Shown here piece by piece: positions 30,211-39,392 of a DNA stretch of 64,000 nt. Location: positions 1 through 64,000 of the IMG/VR virus record IMGVR_UViG_3300013132_005385; one strand, given 5' to 3'. The notes under the pieces are model-generated. The model saw only the letters and a list, made by a program, of their open reading frames with translations, did not search any database and was not told the origin of the DNA. The translations under genes and the position numbers were made by a program. How positions within the stretch are numbered: the stretch's first letter is position 1; the number at the start of each line of letters is the position of its first letter. Origin of the DNA: a virus.

Positions 30211-30837
30211 CTAATATGAAGGATATTTGGCATAAATTAAATTTATAGAATTCTTATGAATAAGTTCTAGAGAATAATTTTTGCAATAATCACTAAAAAA
30301 TATTTCTCTTTCGGGCTCAGAATTCCATTCAATACAAACGATCCACGTTTTTTCTAAATTTATATGGGGAAGTATAATTTCGTCCATTCCTTCTGCATCC
30401 ATGCTGATGAAATCAAAATTAATATCGGTAAATGGGTACTTTTTAACAGCGACATCTATTACTTCCCATTTTTCGTCTCCCCATCTTTTTGTTTCTTTTT
30501 CTAATATTGTAGATAAAAGTCCAGTGTCGTTGGATGATAGGTGGCTCCCGTTGCAATACATTTTAGAAATTCCATCTATATCTCCTATTGCAAAATTAAA
30601 AAGCATGTGGTTCTCTGGATAGAGTAGGCTAAGTTTTTTATAACATGCTGGGTTCGGTTCAATGAAATATCCGGTTATATCCGGATATTTAACAATCAAT
30701 GCCCGGGAATTAGATATCGTTTCGCCGTCATTTGCTCCTATATCTAATATTTTATTAGAAAGAAATTGTGGATATTTATTTTTTAGCTCCTCATAAAATT
30801 TAAGGATAATCTCATCTTCGTCTAATTGGCTGTACAT
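30211..30837 (-). CDS. FkbM-family methyltransferase
   Basis: MYSQLDED, LDIGANDG..SNS, IEPN, DFISMDAEGMD. Confidence 0.85.
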   Translation of the reverse strand: MYSQLDEDEIILKFYEELKNKYPQFLSNKILDIGANDGETISNSRALIVKYPDITGYFIEPNPACYKKLSLLYPENHMLFNFAIGDIDGISKMYCNGSHLSSNDTGLLSTILEKETKRWGDEKWEVIDVAVKKYPFTDINFDFISMDAEGMDEIILPHINLEKTWIVCIEWNSEPEREIFFSDYCKNYSLELIHKNSINLIYAKYPSY

Positions 30838-30843
30838 AATTTA

Positions 30844-31500
30844 TTAAATTTTTATTATTCCCATACCACACGTATTACCGTAGATGAAATCTTCGCTTTT
30901 ATGGGTATTTTTGATTTCATTCCAAAATTGGACAACACCAGGTGCACCTATCGATGCTATATCATGAAATATCATAATACCATCCTTATTAAGAAGAGGA
31001 ATAGAATTTATATAATCAGATTTTACACCTTCGTAACTATGATCCCCATCTATAAATATAACGTCATATTTTGTTTTACATCCTAATAAATATTGATCGG
31101 AATTCATATTAAAAAATTTTACATCCTCTATATCTTTAGATAGAAAATCTTTTATAAATTCTATCTCTTCTATTTTCTGTCCTATTGCTTGATAGTAAGA
31201 AAGATTATCTACAGCATGACTTACCAGTAAAGATTTTTTATTTATATGGGAAAAGGTCATCCATGATCCGCCGTTTCCTATTCCAATCTCTAAATAAGAC
31301 TTAGGCTGTTTCTCCAGTATTTTTAGAATCACATTAGAATACTCCTCCGGAACTTGCTGAAGTTTAAGATCCCCTGATTTTTCACATTTAAAATAATCCT
31401 TGTTGGAAGATCCCGCTTTATTTCTTACCCAATCAATTAGAAATTCAGAATTAATATTTTCTGGAATCTCATTTAAGATATTTACACATTTCTGATTCAT
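30844..31500 (-). CDS. Class I SAM methyltransferase (Methyltransf_24-like)
   Basis: YLEIGIGNGGS, DVIFIDGDHSYEGVKSD, GIMIFHD. Confidence 0.88.
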   Translation of the reverse strand: MNQKCVNILNEIPENINSEFLIDWVRNKAGSSNKDYFKCEKSGDLKLQQVPEEYSNVILKILEKQPKSYLEIGIGNGGSWMTFSHINKKSLLVSHAVDNLSYYQAIGQKIEEIEFIKDFLSKDIEDVKFFNMNSDQYLLGCKTKYDVIFIDGDHSYEGVKSDYINSIPLLNKDGIMIFHDIASIGAPGVVQFWNEIKNTHKSEDFIYGNTCGMGIIKI

Positions 31501-31504
31501 ATTT

Positions 31505-32263
31505 TTAATTTTTTATTAGATGCTGATATTTTTCGATATTGTTAATTATGTATTCAGGAAAAGATTCATCTATTTCAACTATGTGGTATTTAATATAATC
31601 TCTTCCAAATATATCTTTAAGATCGTCTACATTTTTTTCTATAGTAGCGTTGTTAATCTTCTCTGGGTCATTCATATCTTGGTGAGCATAAGCATCTACT
31701 TTATCCTTGATTTTTTGAGCCCCTCCTAAAAAACTCCAGTGCCATCCAGCATCTCTTATTATTGTTTTTTGCATGCCAGCACAGGCTCTCATTCTATAAG
31801 TTTCTATTTTTTTTAATTCGCTAATTTTAAACATAGAAACAATTTGAAAATCTATACTTTGTTTACAATTAAGATAATAGTAATATCCCTTAGTTTCTAT
31901 GATAGCTGGTAATTCCTCGGTAAAGGTGACTTTTCTATAGTCCGGTATTTCGTCGCAATCAGCAAGAATCATTATATCATTATTCGAGAAATTGGATAAA
32001 ACATATCTACCTAAACTATTTCTCGATTCAAACTCGTTGTGCCAAGCACTTGTGCCACAATTATATTCTACTATTTTTATTCTATCCCTGTATTTAGAAA
32101 ATCTACTTTCTAAATTTTCACTTAGATATAAGGGTTTATCCTTGCCAGAAAATGTTTTTCTGGATTCACTTATCACCCAATAATCAATATAAGGAGAAGT
32201 TATCTCCAGTCTAATTTCTAATAAATCCAGTTCATTGAAAAAAGGGAAACATTCTATTTTCAT
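31505..32263 (-). CDS. Glycosyltransferase family 17-like (beta-1,4-GlcNAc transferase)
   Basis: FFNELDLLEIRL, ESRKTFSGKDKPL, DCDEIP, AGWHWSFLGG, AYAH. Confidence 0.85.
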   Translation of the reverse strand: MKIECFPFFNELDLLEIRLEITSPYIDYWVISESRKTFSGKDKPLYLSENLESRFSKYRDRIKIVEYNCGTSAWHNEFESRNSLGRYVLSNFSNNDIMILADCDEIPDYRKVTFTEELPAIIETKGYYYYLNCKQSIDFQIVSMFKISELKKIETYRMRACAGMQKTIIRDAGWHWSFLGGAQKIKDKVDAYAHQDMNDPEKINNATIEKNVDDLKDIFGRDYIKYHIVEIDESFPEYIINNIEKYQHLIKN

Positions 32264-32264
32264 A

Positions 32265-32924
32265 TTATTTACAATTATTTATATAATTAACAGCGTTATC
32301 CAAAAGTGATTTTGCATGGAAGCCAAAACAATTATTTATATTATGCTGATCGTCGAGGGGAAATTCTATTGCAAATTTTCTAGCAACTTCCACTGGAGCT
32401 ATCTTTATGCCTTGGGATTCGAGAATATGTCTATTAGTACAAACTAGGTAGGTGTCTTCATTAGACATAGTTCTTGGAAGTTTACTGGAGGCTTCTAAAA
32501 ACTTTTTGCTTCTCAAAGAGAATCCGCCGTTTCCAACCTGTTGTCCCTCCTTGGGCCACCCGATATAAAGAGGCCATGGGGCTCCAATATAATCATAATC
32601 ATAAAAAGAATCTTCCCATAGATATGGATTTAGAATAAATCCATCATCTTGAAAAACAAGACAGTAATCACTATCTATGTGATTATTTAATTCGGTAACG
32701 CAAAAATTGGAGTATTGTCCAATTCCCATTGGATCTATTAAGGTATTTTTAATTCCATCAATATTAAGATCAAATGTAGTAAAAACTTTTACATCATAGA
32801 AATTTACCCGGTTAATCATAAAATCAATGATTTTTTGGTATCTTAGGGTTCTTTCAGAATCTTCTATCCTGCCATCCAAGCAGAATAGTGTTACATTACT
32901 AAGATCTATTTTTGAGAAATCCAT
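32265..32924 (-). CDS. DUF5672-like putative glycosyltransferase
   Basis: FQDDGFI, YDYIGAPW, VGNGGFSLRS, NED, FGFH. Confidence 0.8.
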   Translation of the reverse strand: MDFSKIDLSNVTLFCLDGRIEDSERTLRYQKIIDFMINRVNFYDVKVFTTFDLNIDGIKNTLIDPMGIGQYSNFCVTELNNHIDSDYCLVFQDDGFILNPYLWEDSFYDYDYIGAPWPLYIGWPKEGQQVGNGGFSLRSKKFLEASSKLPRTMSNEDTYLVCTNRHILESQGIKIAPVEVARKFAIEFPLDDQHNINNCFGFHAKSLLDNAVNYINNCK

Positions 32925-33628
32925 TCTATTATTTTTTTAGGAACTTCCCCTCTAAAATCCTCGGGGGATAGATCAAAATTATTCTGCAATCTGCCTTTAA
33001 AAACATCCATTCCTCTATAAAAAGTAGATTGATTTTTATCATCAATGGCATCCTTATCGTGATAAAGCTTAGTATAATGAAGATGAGCAAATTCCACATC
33101 TGATGCCTCAACAACACATCCTAAAATACTGGCAACGCATGTGAGTTCGGTATCACAGAACATATGTTCATAGGATGGATTATATATGTAGGGAAAGCTA
33201 TCAAGATATTCCCTCGAAAATATAGGCATTGTGATAAGGTCATTACTCATCCCATCCGATGTTTTAATTACATATTTTCCCGACAATTCAGAAGCAATAT
33301 CTCTCAGTTTATCATCCCAGTATTCAAAGCAATCTGTATCATCGGAAAAAACCAAAATTAAATCTCCATCTATATGTGGTTTAATAGAATTTATAGCCTC
33401 TACCGTACATGTATTAGGATTAATTACTACATCGATTCTCGTATTATATTCAACTGATAATTTATCCATTAACTCCAAATATTGATTAGTGGTAGGATCG
33501 CTGTTATCTATGGATATAATCACTCTTATAGATTCCGTGTTATTTGCATTTTCCAGCCATTTCTTAACAACCCTATACATTCTTACGGGCCTTTGCCTGG
33601 ATGCAGCAACTATGTTTATTTTAATCAT
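32906..33628 (-). CDS. GT-A fold glycosyltransferase
   Basis: SRQRP, VEAIN, FSDD, YEHMFCDTEL, HLHY. Confidence 0.7.
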   Translation of the reverse strand: MIKINIVAASRQRPVRMYRVVKKWLENANNTESIRVIISIDNSDPTTNQYLELMDKLSVEYNTRIDVVINPNTCTVEAINSIKPHIDGDLILVFSDDTDCFEYWDDKLRDIASELSGKYVIKTSDGMSNDLITMPIFSREYLDSFPYIYNPSYEHMFCDTELTCVASILGCVVEASDVEFAHLHYTKLYHDKDAIDDKNQSTFYRGMDVFKGRLQNNFDLSPEDFRGEVPKKIIEWISQK

Positions 33629-34466
33629 AATTTTTCACTTTATTAAAAATCAAAGAATCCGCAGAATGTAATTTAGTAACAATCTCCAGGTTTTCCCTGA
33701 TATATTCGATTTTTGAATCGTAAAGATCTTTATTGAGAAGACTCAAATTAAAATTATCACTCCATTTAATTATTCCGTTAATATTAAAGTCTTCCTCTAT
33801 TTTATCAGTTCCCCAGTATATCGGAATTACACCCAAAGCAAAGCAATCGGTTATTTTTTCGGTATAATACTTATCAATTTTTGCATTCTCAAAAACTATA
33901 GAGAACATATACGGAGCAAGGGCTTCTTCCTTGGATCTCCACCAGTCTCCGTTAGGCCCTATTCCCGTTCCTATCCTTGTAGTTCCAGCTGCTCCCCCAA
34001 AAACATCTGCAGAATTTTTTAATCTCGATGCTATCTCCAGTCTTTTTTTATGCCCCGTGGTCATATTCTTGGAGCTGGCTATCATTGAGCAAATCCTACT
34101 CTTCTCTGGTATTCTATAATTTTCCGGTCTAGTCCAAGGAAGATTAGAGCCAGGAGGATTAAAGATAAAAAAGCTAGGATCCCTAGATATGATCTCGTGA
34201 TCACAGGTAAAAATAGCAGTATAATGATTTTTATATCTTGGGTAATTATGTATTAGATCATTTTTAAGAGATGGAAGGACCTCAGAAGATTCGCAGAACC
34301 ATCCAAAATTACCTCTGGCTGGACCTGTGTGATTCGTCATATTATTATCAATCCATACCGTTGCTATTCCTTCTCCTTTTGACCATTCAAAATTGCTAGG
34401 TTTAAAAGATGAGCAGGACGAGTACTCAACAGGAAATGGAGACCACGTTGTTTTTAGTTTATTCAT
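33621..34466 (-). CDS. Glycosyltransferase family 10-like (fucosyltransferase)
   Basis: YMFSIVFEN...YYTEKITDCFALGVIPIYWG is the GT10 motif. Confidence 0.85.
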   Translation of the reverse strand: MNKLKTTWSPFPVEYSSCSSFKPSNFEWSKGEGIATVWIDNNMTNHTGPARGNFGWFCESSEVLPSLKNDLIHNYPRYKNHYTAIFTCDHEIISRDPSFFIFNPPGSNLPWTRPENYRIPEKSRICSMIASSKNMTTGHKKRLEIASRLKNSADVFGGAAGTTRIGTGIGPNGDWWRSKEEALAPYMFSIVFENAKIDKYYTEKITDCFALGVIPIYWGTDKIEEDFNINGIIKWSDNFNLSLLNKDLYDSKIEYIRENLEIVTKLHSADSLIFNKVKNYD

Positions 34467-35293
34467 ACGATTATAAAATCTTTATTAGTGTAATTAAATG
34501 GGCGATGGGGATTAAGTTCCTTCATTATATTCATTATAGATCTCTTATTAGGGGCTTCTGAATTGATATTTTCTAAAAATCTTCCATTATGAAAATCAGA
34601 TCCGCTAAGTTTAATTTTGACAGTGGATCTAAATTGGGGTATTATTGAATGCTTTATGGCATCATGATCTAATTCCGGCTGTCCAGTTTCAACTTTTTCT
34701 GTGCAATGATCAGCCCATGCAGTTATAACTCTAAAAGCTTCACTAGTGTTTCTTATAAATATAGGGGATGCAACAAATCCATTTATATCGTTAGTATACG
34801 ACACAAGACCAAGATCAAATTCATCTGATAAATTACAAAAGGAAGCTAGGGATTCTTTTAAATTTGTGTCTCCGTCCACCCAAACAACGTCTTTTGAATA
34901 TTTTTTGATTATCTCTTGTATGAAAACGGGTTTGTAACAGCAATTCTGAAAATATTCCCTATCTGATTCATATTGTCTAATTAGATAATTTAATCCAAAA
35001 AAATGAACTTTTCTTACCAGTTCTGTTATGCGGGAGGAATAGAAATTTGATCCTATAGGATCAGATATAAATGATATGATCATAGGTCCATCATTGTCTA
35101 TCCTACTCCATTCATTCAATATATTTCTATCCCTTGAATTTTTTAAGGGCGGAAATAAACTCATGTTTTCTTTTTTATTTGTTAAGGAATTTGGGAGTTC
35201 ATTATTTGGGACGTTAGAAATATTTCTGTGATTTTTATTTGAAATTTCCCTGGTTACCCTCATTCTTCTTCTTGATTCAAAATCCATAATCAT
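34463..35293 (-). CDS. Nucleotide-diphospho-sugar transferase-like glycosyltransferase
   Basis: YKPVFI, VVWVDGD, ELDHD; paralog of the next gene. Confidence 0.7.
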   Translation of the reverse strand: MIMDFESRRRMRVTREISNKNHRNISNVPNNELPNSLTNKKENMSLFPPLKNSRDRNILNEWSRIDNDGPMIISFISDPIGSNFYSSRITELVRKVHFFGLNYLIRQYESDREYFQNCCYKPVFIQEIIKKYSKDVVWVDGDTNLKESLASFCNLSDEFDLGLVSYTNDINGFVASPIFIRNTSEAFRVITAWADHCTEKVETGQPELDHDAIKHSIIPQFRSTVKIKLSGSDFHNGRFLENINSEAPNKRSIMNIMKELNPHRPFNYTNKDFIIV

Positions 35294-35918
35294 TAATGTT
35301 TAATTTGTTAAAATTTAAGCTTCTAGAACTATTTTTATTAATTACCACTCTCATCTGGACATCTTTATCGGGAATTCTTGATATTCCATTCATAATAATA
35401 GATCCATCCGTATAGTCTATATACCTCTCCCCGCTACCAAGGATCTGCGCGGAAATTTTTCCAGCATATTTAGGCATGATCTCATACTTTAGAACGTCAT
35501 GATCGAAATCTATTTCTCCTCCTCTAATTTTACTAGAACACACATCGCCCCAATCTTTTAGAAATTCCAAACACTTGCCATTATACTTGAATCCCAATGG
35601 TGATGCCTTTATTCCATTTATTTCACCTGTGTGAGAGGCAAAAAGAATATCAGAGTCCCACTTTTTTAGATTATTGGGAGCTGAGAAAATTTGTGTATCA
35701 ACATCTATCCAAACAACGTCTCTATTAAACTCCATGATTTTTTCAAGTATGTATAGGGGCTTATAAAGAGTGTTCTTCCAGTATGCACCTAAATCCTTTA
35801 CATTTTCAATATGAATATTTAAACCTAATGATTCACATGATTTTTTTAGTGATTCTGATGCTGTCTTATAATATTGGTTCCCAGTATAATAAGAGATGCA
35901 AATAGCATTATTCTCCAT
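35277..35918 (-). CDS. Nucleotide-diphospho-sugar transferase-like glycosyltransferase
   Basis: SYYT, YKPLYI, VVWIDVD, DFDHD. Confidence 0.7.
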   Translation of the reverse strand: MENNAICISYYTGNQYYKTASESLKKSCESLGLNIHIENVKDLGAYWKNTLYKPLYILEKIMEFNRDVVWIDVDTQIFSAPNNLKKWDSDILFASHTGEINGIKASPLGFKYNGKCLEFLKDWGDVCSSKIRGGEIDFDHDVLKYEIMPKYAGKISAQILGSGERYIDYTDGSIIMNGISRIPDKDVQMRVVINKNSSRSLNFNKLNINDYGF

Positions 35919-36165
35919 CGATAATAGTTTTTAAATATTCATCCAAGCTCATCTCAGCTCCCATGAATAGAACTCTATGTAGCATTTCTCCCCTGTCCAT
36001 CATTTCGGGTGTAGTGACATCAATTAGTCTTGGAAAAGCTGATATATCTATAAGATATTGATTTATATCAGACAAAATTGATTTTCTGGTATCATCATTA
36101 TTAGTCTCGAAGGCATAACCACTTAGTATGTCATTGATGTCCTGATAAATTTTAAATTTTTCCAT
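35908..36165 (-). CDS. Small protein resembling a tail-sheath C-terminal domain
   Basis: FETNNDDTRKSILSDINQYL...TTPEMMDRG resembles sheath FEPNxxxTRxxI...YL...NTPExID.G. Confidence 0.45.
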   Translation of the reverse strand: MEKFKIYQDINDILSGYAFETNNDDTRKSILSDINQYLIDISAFPRLIDVTTPEMMDRGEMLHRVLFMGAEMSLDEYLKTIIDGE

Positions 36166-36180
36166 TATATTGGTTTTTTA

Positions 36181-36912
36181 TTATAGTCCTAATCTTCTGA
36201 AAAGATCCCCGCAAATTTCCCTATTGTTTGAAAGGGGTCTGGGAATATGACAGTCAATATAATCATATGGATTATAATCACCCTTCGGCCAGATAGCCTT
36301 ATCCAGTCTCCTAGTAGCATATTTTTCTTCGATCCAGCCCCTTTCAAGATGTTTGATTTGTATACCCGGTTTAATTCTGGATTGGTTATAAAAAAACTTT
36401 TGATCCGTACCAAACCTGATATTCATTCTCATTAATCTCCTGAGAAAAACCTTATGATCCGAATCACTAAGATCCAGCAAATCAGTAAAACTCCGTGGAT
36501 CACCAGCGAGATAACACATGGGGTACTGTGGATTAGTTCTGTACCATCTATATTGAATAACATCAGAGCTGTATGACACTATACCCCTATCTCCTATCTG
36601 GCTCGCACCATTTTCATAATACTCCCGAGATATAGGAAGCATATCCATATCTGAAATGATAAAAGGTGCATCTAATATTCTTGCACCCCAAAATCTTATG
36701 CACTGAGCTTGTTGGGCAATATTCCATTCTGGGATCGATTCCAGATAAATTGTTCTACCATATTCCGTCACATTTTGGGAAGGACCTTGGGAATCAATAT
36801 AAATTAGAACTGGTTCTATTCCAAGCTTCTGCCACATAGCTGCCACATAGGGCCAAAAATCCAGATACTCGGGATTAGCATTAGAACTCACTACGGCGTA
36901 CTTAATCTTCAT
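36181..36912 (-). CDS. Putative glycosyltransferase
   Basis: YLDFWP, IISDMDMLP (DxD), FGTDQ, YIDCHIPRP; within glycan island. Confidence 0.6.
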   Translation of the reverse strand: MKIKYAVVSSNANPEYLDFWPYVAAMWQKLGIEPVLIYIDSQGPSQNVTEYGRTIYLESIPEWNIAQQAQCIRFWGARILDAPFIISDMDMLPISREYYENGASQIGDRGIVSYSSDVIQYRWYRTNPQYPMCYLAGDPRSFTDLLDLSDSDHKVFLRRLMRMNIRFGTDQKFFYNQSRIKPGIQIKHLERGWIEEKYATRRLDKAIWPKGDYNPYDYIDCHIPRPLSNNREICGDLFRRLGL

Positions 36913-37523
36913 CTACGGATTATATTTCTGGCAGGTCTTTTATGAACGTTACGGCTCTCCTGAAAGTGTTCTATGATAGGTTTAAGCCCAGGGTACATAT
37001 TTCGTGTGTGATCGAAGATATAAGTGTACTCCGGAGGAAGATTACAATAAACTAGATCTGGATTCTCCCGAACAGCAGTTTGCATGTGTTTTTGCTCCCA
37101 TGTTTCGGGCTTAGATCTCTCGGCGGGTATTTTTGAGTTGATCTCTATCCACCTTTTTACCAGTGACACAGTCTTAAGATTGTTTCTTAAAAAAATTGTC
37201 CCTGATAATGCTTCGTCCTTTCTCCATCTAAAATCTTCCGTCCTATATGCTATATCACAATCTAGAGAATTAAAAAGATCTGGAAAGCTTCTAAAGGCAG
37301 CGTCAACATCCACATAGACTAAATTTTGATCTAGCTTCTCGAGACACTCCAGAATGAAATGTGCTTTATAATGTGTGTTCTTTTCCCAGCTTCCAAGGTC
37401 TCCTATGGGTTTAATGTAATGCGGAATTGAAAAGTTTTGGAGAGATTCCCGTAGTCTACCAGCTAAACTTTGGTAGTTTGAGTTTTGGGTGTAATAAGCT
37501 ATAACTAAAAATTGGGGGCTCAC
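36909..37523 (-). CDS. Nucleotide-diphospho-sugar transferase-like glycosyltransferase
   Basis: AYYT, WEKNTHYKAHFI, VYVDVDA, LPPEY, IEHFQESR; GTG start. Confidence 0.75.
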   Translation of the reverse strand: MSPQFLVIAYYTQNSNYQSLAGRLRESLQNFSIPHYIKPIGDLGSWEKNTHYKAHFILECLEKLDQNLVYVDVDAAFRSFPDLFNSLDCDIAYRTEDFRWRKDEALSGTIFLRNNLKTVSLVKRWIEINSKIPAERSKPETWEQKHMQTAVRENPDLVYCNLPPEYTYIFDHTRNMYPGLKPIIEHFQESRNVHKRPARNIIRR

Positions 37524-37573
37524 AAGTAATATATTATATAATAGAATTCATCCCCGGGATTTACTTCGTAAAA

Positions 37574-37604
37574 ATTTTAGTCTGCCCTGGGTGGAAAGTT
37601 TCAG
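37574..37604 (-). promoter_or_regulatory. Putative promoter CTGAAA-N19-TAAAAT driving the glycan operon
   Basis: Same 19-nt spacing as 10890 and 25431; in the divergent intergenic region. Confidence 0.45.
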
Positions 37605-37677
37605 TTTCTTGAAAATTTTTTTTAGAAAGAAATAAAACCGCTCTTTCTATATATAATACGTATCATCCTAATGAACA

Positions 37678-38406
37678 ATGAAAATACTAAAGCCTTATTG
37701 GTTTCTAGAGAAGCCGGTCGATAAAGAACACAAATATTATGTGTTAATGGCTTATTTGCAATCCATTGAAAAGGACTTCTCCAATGGAGAATATGTTAAA
37801 CAGCTAACTAATGTACTTAGAATTCAAAAGGATCTTTGGAGCTTTAAGAACAAGGGTGTGCTATCAGTGAAATCAAATTCACATTTAACCGAAAGGGAAT
37901 TGGAAAAAACCCACGATCTCATAGATGATTTTTTACTTTCAGATGAAAGAGATGAAATAATAGAGGAGTCATTATCCACTATAGAAAAGTTTCTAGGAAA
38001 ACATGACTCAGTAATTAGAGAATATGATCAAATGGTAGAGGTAACTCATTCAGGATCTATAAATCAGACATGGGATAGGGGATTTCTCATTATCAGAAAA
38101 AACCTGGAGAGTATGCTTAGAATATTTTCTTGGAGTTTTTCTATTATTAAGATAGACGGGAATGAAAGCGTAGCCCTATTAATGACCGAGCTTCTTGATC
38201 CTGTGTGTGGATTTACCGAGGATGACAGAGAAGTTAAGAAGTTTTTAATACAGAATTTAAAATCTTCTATAATTAGTCCCAATGATGCTATTCTTTTTGG
38301 AAAAATCACTGAAGAGCTAGAACTGGATCTTGGTGTGGATCTATCCAAAGAAAAAGCTGTTGATATAATAGTGAAAAACTATAAGAAATCAATCGATCTC
38401 CTTTAG
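37678..38406 (+). CDS. Hypothetical protein
   Basis: 242 aa; TATATATA at 37648-37655 upstream. Confidence 0.65.
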   Translation: MKILKPYWFLEKPVDKEHKYYVLMAYLQSIEKDFSNGEYVKQLTNVLRIQKDLWSFKNKGVLSVKSNSHLTERELEKTHDLIDDFLLSDERDEIIEESLSTIEKFLGKHDSVIREYDQMVEVTHSGSINQTWDRGFLIIRKNLESMLRIFSWSFSIIKIDGNESVALLMTELLDPVCGFTEDDREVKKFLIQNLKSSIISPNDAILFGKITEELELDLGVDLSKEKAVDIIVKNYKKSIDLL

Positions 38407-38931
38407 CAGTAGGAATTTTTCTAAATTTTCCCCCTCAATACCGAAGCTCCCTGGATTGAACTGATCAATCTTAAAGATTAGACTTTCTTCTTCCCCTCCC
38501 GCTTCTGTTGTCACAACCTCTATCTTAGTTTTCTTTCTGTTTATGTAAAAGTCGCACGATTTACCATCCGGCGAAATGTGGTCTCTAAGAAATAAAAAAG
38601 ATCCGCTAGGCATTTCTATCAATTCTGGAGCTCCCCCCGTTTCTATTACTTTTTCCACCTTAGATATAAATTCTTTTAGTGCTGTTGAATCTAGATCCCT
38701 TATCGAAGAAGCACCAAACGATTCTGCATATTTACTTATTATCTGAGAGATCATTTTCTTTATTTGTGGGGTTTTATCTCCATAAAAATGAATGTCATTT
38801 ATCAGATCATCTATAAAATATCCATCCCTAAGATCTTTCTTAGCAAATTTGAATGATATGGACTCCTTAAATTTTGACCCTGCACTGGAGCTTTCCAAAA
38901 TAAATTTTGAGAAGTTGGAGATTCTATTCAT
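38389..38931 (-). CDS. Hypothetical protein with capsid-targeting-like N-terminus
   Basis: MNRISNFSKFILES. Confidence 0.6.
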   Translation of the reverse strand: MNRISNFSKFILESSSAGSKFKESISFKFAKKDLRDGYFIDDLINDIHFYGDKTPQIKKMISQIISKYAESFGASSIRDLDSTALKEFISKVEKVIETGGAPELIEMPSGSFLFLRDHISPDGKSCDFYINRKKTKIEVVTTEAGGEEESLIFKIDQFNPGSFGIEGENLEKFLLLKEID

Positions 38932-39340
38932 GATTTGATTTCTTTTTTTGTAATTTTTGCGCCTCGGTATATGAAGAAAATCTAAAATCTTGAATATTCA
39001 GCGGCATTTCTATTTGTTCTAATAAATCTGGACCAAATTCAGGCCTATCCAAATTAGATATTCTGATTAAATTGGGATCAAATGCTGGCTCATAGGGCTT
39101 ACATTCCACTAATATTTCATCCTCTAGAGTTGAAAAAAATAGGCCATTTTTTAGAATAAAAAGATAATCTCCCAGATTTGCTGAAATTTTATTCCATACG
39201 GGTCTAAGAATTTTATATCCTCTATAAACAAAAGTTGTATCCTCATCACCTGTTCTTATCCACACATCAGTTTTGTGTGTGAATTTGTAATAGGATGGAG
39301 ATTCATAGGATTCCCCCGATAGCGATGAAAAATTACTCAT
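38924..39340 (-). CDS. Hypothetical protein
   Basis: 138 aa; AATATATA 5 nt before ATG. Confidence 0.6.
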   Translation of the reverse strand: MSNFSSLSGESYESPSYYKFTHKTDVWIRTGDEDTTFVYRGYKILRPVWNKISANLGDYLFILKNGLFFSTLEDEILVECKPYEPAFDPNLIRISNLDRPEFGPDLLEQIEMPLNIQDFRFSSYTEAQKLQKKKSNHE

Positions 39341-39345
39341 TAGGA

Positions 39346-39385
39346 TATATATTCAATGACAGAATCTGTTAAATAGATATATATA
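39346..39385. promoter_or_regulatory. Divergent pair of putative late promoters (AATATATA on -, GATATATA on +)
   Basis: 39346-39353 (-) and 39376-39383 (+) in a 52-bp divergent gap. Confidence 0.6.
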
Positions 39386-39392
39386 AAGACAA

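Noticed and set aside
25458-37523. Bacterial LPS/capsule locus (host contamination or prophage boundary)
   Set aside because: Same composition, tight overlaps and promoter motifs as flanking phage genes; no export machinery or integration signature
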